Shown here: one piece after another, positions 9,754 through 16,887 of the stretch
How the letters are laid out: each line of letters starts with the position of its first letter
Position numbering within the stretch: the first letter of the stretch is position 1
Program-made: the position numbers and the translations under genes
Notes under the pieces: model-generated
Told to the model about the DNA's origin: nothing
Databases searched by the model: none
Seen by the model: only the letters and a program-made list of their open reading frames with translations
Assembly (NCBI GenBank): GCA_044359815.1
Contig: JBIKLL010000022.1
Coordinates: 1-33,324, forward strand
Direction of reading: 5' to 3'
Source of the DNA: Pseudobdellovibrionaceae bacterium
GTDB lineage: Bacteria > Bdellovibrionota > Bdellovibrionia > Bdellovibrionales > Bdellovibrionaceae
DNA: 33,324 nt

Positions 9754-10070
9754 GACCACTTGAGATTGCAAAACGCAGGTGACCAGGAGCTGCTTTATAA
9801 CTGGCCCTAAATGTTAAGACTTAGACAATGGCTTATTTTTGGCTCCCCTGACTACGGCAATCAGTGCTGCAGCTACCATAGGTATTGCTCAAATGATAAT
9901 CTCTGATTAATCGCGATTAACTTGTGATCACTAGTGACATTATTAGTTTCCAAACAGCTAATTCAATTTCTAAAATTGCCAAAAATCGGTCACTGACAAA
10001 AAAACTAACATCTATTTTTTTCTAAAAGCCTCCTGTATAAATAGGTACAAATTACCTACAAGGAGCTTTT

Positions 10071-10595
10071 GTGAAAGCAAAATCTGCGATCAAAATTTTA
10101 TCTGTAGCCATTATGTTTGGATTTATAACAGCGACTGCCATGGCCGCACCGGTAAATATGGAAATCTCAAACCCCAGTATTACGTTTGCAGCCTCTAATC
10201 AGAGTGAATATGGTTTAGCAATTGCTTGCGCCAGAAGCTTGATCAACGAAAATGTTTATGTAGGTTCACTATCCAACATGCAGGCCAAAAGAGTTCGACT
10301 GAGTTTTTGGAACAATCAGTATCACATAGTTGCCGGCGGTATTAATGGTCTGCATACTGTGTATTTTAATTCAACCGATGCTGACAGAAATTATTTTTCT
10401 GGTGAAATGAATATTTATTTTGAAACTGAATCTACTGTAGATGCTATGAATGGTAACAAGAAGTCTTTAAAAATAACCTGCAGTGTGCCTGAGCGAAAGC
10501 AAAGTCAGCTTTGCGGAGTCATCACAAATTTCAAACTGTCTGATGCTAACGACCAAACAGTCGCTTTCAGCAAACAATTTGTAAGCTGCGATTAG
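10071..10595 (+). CDS. Hypothetical secreted protein
   Basis: GTG start after AAGGAG. Signal peptide ending AMA. Four Cys. Confidence 0.8.
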   Translation: MKAKSAIKILSVAIMFGFITATAMAAPVNMEISNPSITFAASNQSEYGLAIACARSLINENVYVGSLSNMQAKRVRLSFWNNQYHIVAGGINGLHTVYFNSTDADRNYFSGEMNIYFETESTVDAMNGNKKSLKITCSVPERKQSQLCGVITNFKLSDANDQTVAFSKQFVSCD

Positions 10596-10604
10596 TACTG
10601 TCGA

Positions 10605-10808
10605 TTGACGGGAATGCAGGAAACGGCAATTGACGGAGCAGTCAATGCGACCTTTGATTTAGTTTTGGATCAATGGACTAAGCGAGGGCAATATTTTGTA
10701 AAGGTAACTAATGCTCAAGGAACAGTGAAAAGCCAGTTCGCTTGGGTGACCATGTCAGGTATCGATTTAAAAGATTCATTCACCAGAACTGGTTTTTTTG
10801 AATTATAA
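10605..10808 (+). pseudogene. Probable 3' remnant of an immunoglobulin-like (I-set type) domain protein gene
   Basis: AIDGAVNATFDLVLDQWTKRGQYFVKVTNAQGTVKSQFAWVTM resembles the bacterial Ig repeat pattern AIxGATxxTLxL...xGxYxVxVTNxxGSVxSxxAxLTV. It lacks the N-terminal half, an RBS and an ATG. Confidence 0.5.
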
Positions 10809-10940
10809 AAGATTTTTTATGTCTTATGGGTTTTGAAACTTAGAGCGGGATATTTTGAAAATCCGCTCCTGAATAATTTCAATATCTTACGCCCCCTTTC
10901 TTTGTGTGTTCAGCCAGATCAAGCCAAAACCTTTAAGATA

Positions 10941-10972
10941 TTGACACTATGCAGATAGTGTTAGTATAGTGT
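10941..10972 (+). promoter_or_regulatory. Sigma70 promoter with overlapping operator for the TA operon (probably leaderless)
   Basis: TTGACA 10941-10946, 18-nt spacer, TATAGT 10965-10970, ATG 6 nt later. Inverted repeat ACACTAT-GCAG-ATAGTGT at 10944-10961 plus a third ATAGTGT at 10966-10972. Confidence 0.75.
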
Positions 10973-10976
10973 TTTA

Positions 10977-11333
10977 ATGGCTCAGTGGGAATTTGTTGAA
11001 TGGCTGCTTTTTTGGATTTTAGAAACCTCTCACTTTGAATTTGAGTGGGATAAAGGCAATAAAACCAAAAACGCAAACAAACACAAAATCTCTGTTGAAG
11101 AAGTTGAAGCCGTTTTTCGCTCTGGTCAGGCGCTTCCGCTTGGGATTCAAACAAGTCCTAAAGCTGATGAACAAAGACTTGGCTTGGTCGGCCCAGCTTT
11201 AACTGGTCGATTATTGCAAGTCGCTTTTACACTCCGGGATGGGCGGGTGCGAGTTATCAGCGCCAGGCCGGCTCATCGAAAGGAAAGGAAATTGTATGAA
11301 GAAATCTTACGTAAAATCTCTGAAAGAATATGA
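10977..11333 (+). CDS. brnT: BrnT-family toxin (ribonuclease)
   Basis: FEWDKGNKTKNANKHKISVEEVEAVF...EQRLGLVG...LLQVAFTLR...VRVISARPAHRKERKLYEE is the canonical BrnT signature. Confidence 0.9.
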   Translation: MAQWEFVEWLLFWILETSHFEFEWDKGNKTKNANKHKISVEEVEAVFRSGQALPLGIQTSPKADEQRLGLVGPALTGRLLQVAFTLRDGRVRVISARPAHRKERKLYEEILRKISERI

Positions 11334-11538
11334 TGGAGATTTCCAATTGGACTCCAAAAAAATTCTTGCGGCTATGAAACGCTACAAAGATTCTCGAAAA
11401 AAACCCACAAGCGTTGCTTTAGATGAAAAAACCGTTGAGCAATTGAAGGCTGTTGCTGAAAAGCAGGGCATCCCCTATCAAGTCTTAATTCGTGTTTTCA
11501 TCTTGGATGGCTTGGATCGCCTTAAGAAAACTGCCTAA
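11296..11538 (+). CDS. BrnA/CopG-like ribbon-helix-helix antitoxin
   Basis: ATG 11296 after AGGAAAGGA, overlapping the toxin 3' end. KKPTSVALDEKTVEQLKAVAEKQGIPYQVLIR is an RHH motif. Confidence 0.85.
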   Translation: MKKSYVKSLKEYDGDFQLDSKKILAAMKRYKDSRKKPTSVALDEKTVEQLKAVAEKQGIPYQVLIRVFILDGLDRLKKTA

Positions 11539-11690
11539 AGATCACATTTTCAGCGGAAACAAATCCATCCCAAATTTTTTCCTTCGCATTTTCCATTTCC
11601 GACACAAAATTCATGTATGAAAAAAATAGATCTAGGTTTGGCTTTTCTAGTTCTAATGTTGAGTGGGAAGAACCTATACTTTCGCAGACT

Positions 11691-11766
11691 TGGAGCGGGA
11701 GACGGGATTCAAACCCGCGACCTTTGCCTTGGCAAGGCAACGCTCTATCAACTGAGCTACTCCCGC
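11691..11766 (-). tRNA. tRNA-Gly(GCC)
   Basis: GCGGGAG UA GCUC AGUUGAUA GAGC G UUGCC UUGCCAA GGCAA AGGUC GCGGG UUUGAAU CCCGU CUCCCGC U CCA. 76-nt cloverleaf with U73 discriminator and encoded CCA. Confidence 0.95.
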
Positions 11767-11809
11767 GCTTTGTGCGCTCAAGATCTTGCATCCTGATTAT
11801 GTAAACCGA

Positions 11810-11838
11810 AAACTATTGTTTTTAATAAATTCTGTCAA
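11810..11838 (-). promoter_or_regulatory. Sigma70 promoter for tRNA-Gly
   Basis: Minus-strand TTGACA (11838-11833), 17 nt, TAGTTT (11815-11810), about 45 nt upstream of the tRNA 5' end. Confidence 0.6.
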
Positions 11839-11873
11839 CTACTGTTTAATAGGTTTCGACGCCCTTTTAAAGC

Positions 11874-12332
11874 CTATTTAGTGTTGGAACTGCCTTCATT
11901 TGCATCAGAAGCGTCATCCAAAACTTGTCTGGATTCCTGATCAATGCGGACTGTGACTGGTTTGCCTTTTTTCTGACTGTCTAAGCACCTATTAAAAATC
12001 TTATTGTGATAACTTAAAAATGGAATCACCACAGGCTCTTTAACATTTTTAAACAAAATCTCAGTCCCCTTTTTACGCCTGATTCCTATCACCACACCAG
12101 TCACGTTCTCTGTTGGTCGATTTTGCTTAAGTCTGATGGGCTCTGACGCTGGTTCTTCCTCTTGAGCTTCCTCGGCAGGAGCTGATTTTTCAGAAGTGCT
12201 GGTTTTTGTACCAGAATCCAAGGGGGCCCAATTAACTGCAAGGCTTGGCCGTGAAAAAACCAAAATGCTTAAAACAATAACTAATAATAAAATATTCCCG
12301 ATTGAAATTGACTGGTTCTTTGTTGTGTCCAT
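11874..12332 (-). CDS. Hypothetical secreted protein
   Basis: MDTTK... hydrophobic signal ending SLA, acidic linker and a small beta-rich C-terminal domain. Confidence 0.7.
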   Translation of the reverse strand: MDTTKNQSISIGNILLLVIVLSILVFSRPSLAVNWAPLDSGTKTSTSEKSAPAEEAQEEEPASEPIRLKQNRPTENVTGVVIGIRRKKGTEILFKNVKEPVVIPFLSYHNKIFNRCLDSQKKGKPVTVRIDQESRQVLDDASDANEGSSNTK

Positions 12333-12343
12333 ACAAATTAAGT

Positions 12344-14158
12344 ATGCACACACTCCATCTGCTATCGCAAACAGAACTTACAGGGGCCGAGGTTTATGCC
12401 CAAGTATTAAGCGATTCACAAACCGCCGATGGTCACCAGGTTTACGTGATTTCGGATAAATTTCATGTCCCATTTAAATCACACTGCGTTTCAATGCCGA
12501 TATCCAAATCTGATTTAGTGAATCGTTTCAAAATTGCTATCAAGCTCAGACAGTTTTTAATTAAAAATAAAATCCAAGTCATCCATTGCCATTCGCGCGC
12601 GGCGGTCAGGCATGCATCGCTGGCCAGGATGGGACTTCCCATAGCTTTGGTCACTACCCTGCATGGCCGACAGCATTTTTCTTGGTCAAAGCGCTTGATT
12701 GATAATTACGGGGAATTTTTGATCGCCATTTGTGAAAACGTAAAGCTTAGCCAGACTCAACAATTTAAAACCGCAGCATCTAAAATAAAAGTGATTGAAA
12801 ACCCCTTTGCCTTTTCGACCCATGAAATTTCAAAGGAACGTTCGACAAAATTGCGGATATCATGGATCGGCAGATCCTCGGGCCCTAAGGGTGAACGTCT
12901 GTTAGAATTTTTAGCTGAACTTTCAAAGTCAAAAGCGGCTTTGGATAGCACAATCTTGGATATTGTTTTGACAGGAAATTTGTCTGCCGAAATGGAATCT
13001 AAAATCAAAAGTTTCGGGTTTACTAATCTGCACATTCATGGGCACTTAAACCTGAAAGAACACTGGAATATTTGTGACGCTGTCGTGGGCTCTGGTCGAG
13101 TAGCCATAGAGGCCGCAGCCCATGGAATCCCCGTTTTTTGCGTGGGGGAATACAATGCCCTGGGATGGTTAACCGAAAAAGATTTTGAGCCATTTAAGGC
13201 TTCTAATTTTGGTGACATTGGTGTGGATTCACACAAACTAACTGCACCTTGGCCTGAATTAATCCGGCAATTTACAACTGGAATTAAAAATCATGCAGCA
13301 CTGACCGATCAGGCGAAAGCCGCAAAGCTGAAAGTCACTCATCAGTTTTCACTGTCATTGGTCAAAGAAAAAATCCAAGATTTATACAAACAAGCTTTGT
13401 TTAAACGGATTAAGCCACAAAATATTCCCATATTAATGTACCACATGATACCAGACACAAAGCTTCAGACAAAACACAGAATTTTTGTCACTAAAAACAA
13501 TTTCGAAAGACATCTGTGGTATTTAAAATTTTTTGGATTTCAAACAATAACCTTAAATCAAATAAAAGATTTTTTGGATTTAAAAAAACCTTATTCTGAA
13601 TTTCCCAAAAAACCAGTATTGCTGACCTTTGACGATGGATACAAAGACAATTTAAAAAATGCTGTGCCCTTGCTTAAAAAATACGGCATGACAGCGCAGA
13701 TTTTTTTACTGGGCAAAAAGGTAGATCACAATTGGTGGGACGAAAAAGACGGCCCGACCTTTGGAATCATGAATGCAGAAGAACGGAAAACTCTAGCGCA
13801 AAGCGGGGTTTTTGAAATTGGCAGTCATGGAAACGACCATTTAAAATTAACTGAACTAACAGATGATAAAGTATTTCAAGAAATGCTGATTTCAAAATCG
13901 ACGCTGGAACAAGAGTTTCAAACCAAAATCACCAGTGTTGCCTACCCATTTGGTTTATCATCCCCTTCAGTGCACGCTTCAGCTAAAAAAGCTGGCTACA
14001 CATTTGGTTTAAACACATCATTGGGCGAACTGCATTTTGCCGATAGTTTATTTAATATCTTTAGGGTCAACGTCTTTCCTGAAGACGGAATCTTTAGCAT
14101 CTGGAAAAAAACTCGTCCTGGTTACCGAAAATATTATTTCAATAAGCGCGGCCACTGA
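12344..14158 (+). CDS. Glycosyltransferase (GT4-like) fused to a CE4 polysaccharide deacetylase
   Basis: N-terminal LTGAEVYA, IHCHSRAA, TTLHG and GSGRVAIEAAAHGIP (GT-B/GT4). C-terminal ILMYH, LTFDDGY, IGSHGNDH and AYPFG (NodB). Confidence 0.85.
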   Translation: MHTLHLLSQTELTGAEVYAQVLSDSQTADGHQVYVISDKFHVPFKSHCVSMPISKSDLVNRFKIAIKLRQFLIKNKIQVIHCHSRAAVRHASLARMGLPIALVTTLHGRQHFSWSKRLIDNYGEFLIAICENVKLSQTQQFKTAASKIKVIENPFAFSTHEISKERSTKLRISWIGRSSGPKGERLLEFLAELSKSKAALDSTILDIVLTGNLSAEMESKIKSFGFTNLHIHGHLNLKEHWNICDAVVGSGRVAIEAAAHGIPVFCVGEYNALGWLTEKDFEPFKASNFGDIGVDSHKLTAPWPELIRQFTTGIKNHAALTDQAKAAKLKVTHQFSLSLVKEKIQDLYKQALFKRIKPQNIPILMYHMIPDTKLQTKHRIFVTKNNFERHLWYLKFFGFQTITLNQIKDFLDLKKPYSEFPKKPVLLTFDDGYKDNLKNAVPLLKKYGMTAQIFLLGKKVDHNWWDEKDGPTFGIMNAEERKTLAQSGVFEIGSHGNDHLKLTELTDDKVFQEMLISKSTLEQEFQTKITSVAYPFGLSSPSVHASAKKAGYTFGLNTSLGELHFADSLFNIFRVNVFPEDGIFSIWKKTRPGYRKYYFNKRGH

Positions 14159-14538
14159 TCAAAAAGCTAAAAAAATATCTCTGTGATTTTGCATCTTGTG
14201 AATACTTGCTAACGGCCGCATGCTCATCTCTCGTATTGCATAAATGCAAAGGTAATTTGTTTTTACTGTTTTTAGACACATGCAGCGAGCGCGCGGGGCA
14301 TATCTGGTGTTGAGTCATTTACTCTAACTAAGTATATGATAATTTATTGATCATATACTTAGTTAGAGTAAATGATTCAATACGAGAGATGAGCCCGCGG
14401 CCGTTAGCGAGTGTCTAAAAATAGTGAAAAAAATTATCTTTGCATTTACGCAACACCAGATATGCCATGCGCGCTCGCAAATGTATTCACAAGATGTAAA
14501 ATCACAGAGATATTTTTTTAGCTTTTTGATCAGTGGCC
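14150..14538 (+). repeat. 389-bp permuted palindromic element (candidate structured ncRNA/ssDNA or non-autonomous mobile element)
   Basis: Paired segments: P 14150-14205/14483-14538 (55/56), B 14239-14279/14411-14450, D 14313-14340/14350-14377 (27/28), A 14206-14238/14378-14410, C 14285-14312/14451-14478. It sits between convergent genes. Confidence 0.9.
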
Positions 14539-14566
14539 TTATAGTTTTATAAATCCAAAAGACCTT

Positions 14567-15076
14567 TTAGCTTTTGGGATCGCTAAAGATTGCGTAAGCG
14601 CTTTGACCGGAGGTTTCTTGGACTTCGATTTTCAAAAACGACAGTCCTTTTATGTGTTCTAACAACTGCTGTAGCAGGTATTGCGACAAACATTCACAGC
14701 TAGTATTTATCATAGGCAGCATAACAACCTCATCCACAGGGAACATATAGGTTCTGTTTCTGAATTTTATCTGTAGATGATCTTTAACCGTGGTTTTTCT
14801 GATCTCGGGATGAAGATCTGGTAATAACACCCTTTCATCCAACTGATCGCAAACCTCGCGCAAAACTTGTTTAACTTCCTTAAAATCTAAAATAAACCCT
14901 TTGTCATCCAGGTTGCTGTTGAGTCCAGCCTCAAAATTAACATAGTAATTGTGACCATGAAGCCTTTCTGCATTTTGAGCATCGAAAATCAAAAAATGAG
15001 CTGCCGAAAATTTAAGATAGTCTTTGTTGACCTTGATGCCGTATTTGAATTTTGACTTTAACGTATTTGACGTCAT
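14567..15076 (-). CDS. 6-pyruvoyl-tetrahydropterin synthase paralogue, PTPS-III type (ExxHGH; putative FolB bypass)
   Basis: FSAAHF...AERLHGHNY, GFILDF, TSCECL and VQETSG. T-fold PTPS with Glu in place of Cys before HGH. Confidence 0.8.
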   Translation of the reverse strand: MTSNTLKSKFKYGIKVNKDYLKFSAAHFLIFDAQNAERLHGHNYYVNFEAGLNSNLDDKGFILDFKEVKQVLREVCDQLDERVLLPDLHPEIRKTTVKDHLQIKFRNRTYMFPVDEVVMLPMINTSCECLSQYLLQQLLEHIKGLSFLKIEVQETSGQSAYAIFSDPKS

Positions 15077-15090
15077 ATAGATCACTTACT

Positions 15091-15450
15091 ATGAAAGTCG
15101 AATTAAGACACCAATTTAGTATTGAATCAGCCAGGTTCCTACCCCATCTGCCCATTGAACACCCCTGCCGTCATACTCATGGGCATTCTTTTAAGATCAC
15201 CGTGGTTCTGCGGGGGGAATGTGATCCAAAAACAGGATGGTTGATGGATTATCATGAACTGTCGAAAATTTGCCAAAACGTTTTAAAAAATGTGGATCAC
15301 AAACTATTAAATGAAGTGCCTGGCTTATCCAATCCCACCACAGAAAATCTGACGGCTTGGCTTTTTGAAAACTTAAAGAAAAACTTAAAAGATCTGTCCC
15401 AGGTGCAAGTCAGTGAGACAGATTGTACCCTTTGCGTTTATCCTATTTGA
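15091..15450 (+). CDS. queD: QueD-like 6-carboxy-tetrahydropterin synthase (PTPS-I, CxxxHGH)
   Basis: HPCRHTHGHSF, GWLMDY, DHKLLNEVPGLSNPTTENL and VSET. Confidence 0.75.
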   Translation: MKVELRHQFSIESARFLPHLPIEHPCRHTHGHSFKITVVLRGECDPKTGWLMDYHELSKICQNVLKNVDHKLLNEVPGLSNPTTENLTAWLFENLKKNLKDLSQVQVSETDCTLCVYPI

Positions 15451-15505
15451 CCCCATGATGCTTTTCATTTAACACCAAGCCAATGTAAGCGAATGGGGAT
15501 GGGTT

Positions 15506-16879
15506 ATGAAAATTATTTTAAGCGCCTTGGTATTAGCCGGAGTTTTTGCAGTTGTTGATTCCAGAGGAAATGCAAAATCAGACCTGACTGTCAGTGCAAA
15601 AAAATCATCACCCAAACCAAGTTTTCACAATAGCTCCCCACAATTTTACAGTCCCAATGCCTACGAAGCCCAGATGACCTTCAAGGGCCAAGTTCAGTTT
15701 TCAACCAACACCAATCCAACAAATGCAAAAATACTGCAGGCAATTGATCAGCAAGTGGCTTTTTTGTTTGGATCACTGAATCACTCAGAACCTAAAGGGG
15801 CGCCGAAGAGGGATTATAAAGTCGAGGTTTTGAGCTTAAATAAGACTGCAGATTCAAAGTGGCAGGCAGATTATTTGTACACTGGAATTTTGTTAGTTGA
15901 AAACACTGCCGATTCGCTGACCGTGGCGCTGCCGCTGGATCCCTATACGATTTATAGCCAAAGCCTTACAAAAGACAGCGATGGCAAAACTATAAATCCC
16001 TGCGGAGACTCGAGCCATCCCGAGCGAGAATACTATTGGTATTTTTTTAATCCCTGGGCTTTTGGATGCCAGCTGGTTGAAAATCAAGATTACAAATTGT
16101 ATTCAGCAAGCTTAAAAGCTTTAGAAAACACTCAGTTGACCTTCCCAGAATATGACAGATTATTTCAAAATAATATTCTGACTGTGGATTTATTGTTTGG
16201 CATGGATGATTCCAGTAAATCAAAAAATCCTGACGTATCAAAAGACATCAATGCGACCAATTACCGACAGGTAAAGGACTATCTCATTGCCAAGGGTTTT
16301 GCCGCAAAAAGACTGAACGCTGAAGATTTATCAGAAGCCCTTTTAGGCAATAACTTAGATGGTACAGTTGATTTACTGACGGCTGAATATTCTGGGAAAA
16401 CCATTAGAATCAGAATGTTTTTTGGCATTTCTGCTGGTTGGAACACTGAAAGCTTCAGAAGACTATTTGCTGATGGGTTATTAAACACATCTGTTGTGAT
16501 GTACGCTGGGCATTCGGGTTTGGGTGAATATCTAGATCCTAATGATTTCAGAACCAAAAGTGGCATTAACTTAGCAATGAATAAATCAAAGTATCAGATT
16601 CTGTTTGTTAATGGATGCTCGACCTATTCCTATTACAACATGGTTTATTTTGCGATGAAGAAATCAGCAACTGACCCCAACGGCACAAAAAACCTGGACA
16701 TCATCACTAATGGCCTGGAAACTTACTTTAGCGCCATAGCGTCGCCTTCGACTGAAGCTCTGTTGTCAGCACTGATTGATTATACTGAAAACAGCCAGAG
16801 GGTAAGCTACCAATCCATCATCGACAATGCGGATTCAGGGAACCTAATCGCCGTCAATGGCGACGAGGACAACCAGTAG
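15506..16879 (+). CDS. Secreted hypothetical protein, possible clan CD (caspase/gingipain-fold) cysteine peptidase
   Basis: Signal peptide. VVMYAGHSGLG and, about 35 aa later, ILFVNGCST give the strand-His and strand-Cys spacing typical of clan CD. Confidence 0.55.
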   Translation: MKIILSALVLAGVFAVVDSRGNAKSDLTVSAKKSSPKPSFHNSSPQFYSPNAYEAQMTFKGQVQFSTNTNPTNAKILQAIDQQVAFLFGSLNHSEPKGAPKRDYKVEVLSLNKTADSKWQADYLYTGILLVENTADSLTVALPLDPYTIYSQSLTKDSDGKTINPCGDSSHPEREYYWYFFNPWAFGCQLVENQDYKLYSASLKALENTQLTFPEYDRLFQNNILTVDLLFGMDDSSKSKNPDVSKDINATNYRQVKDYLIAKGFAAKRLNAEDLSEALLGNNLDGTVDLLTAEYSGKTIRIRMFFGISAGWNTESFRRLFADGLLNTSVVMYAGHSGLGEYLDPNDFRTKSGINLAMNKSKYQILFVNGCSTYSYYNMVYFAMKKSATDPNGTKNLDIITNGLETYFSAIASPSTEALLSALIDYTENSQRVSYQSIIDNADSGNLIAVNGDEDNQ

Positions 16880-16887
16880 ACGCCAAG

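Noticed and set aside
3413..11600. Prophage or integrative element
   Set aside because: No integrase, phage structural or replication genes. Orphan secreted genes are normal for this lineage.
11522..11804. ORFs 11522..11791(-) and 11613..11804(+)
   Set aside because: They are translations through the tRNA-Gly gene.
14150..14538. CRISPR array, autonomous IS or simple terminator interpretation of the palindromic element
   Set aside because: No direct repeat-spacer periodicity, no ORF or transposase, no target-site duplication, and it is far larger and more complex than a terminator.
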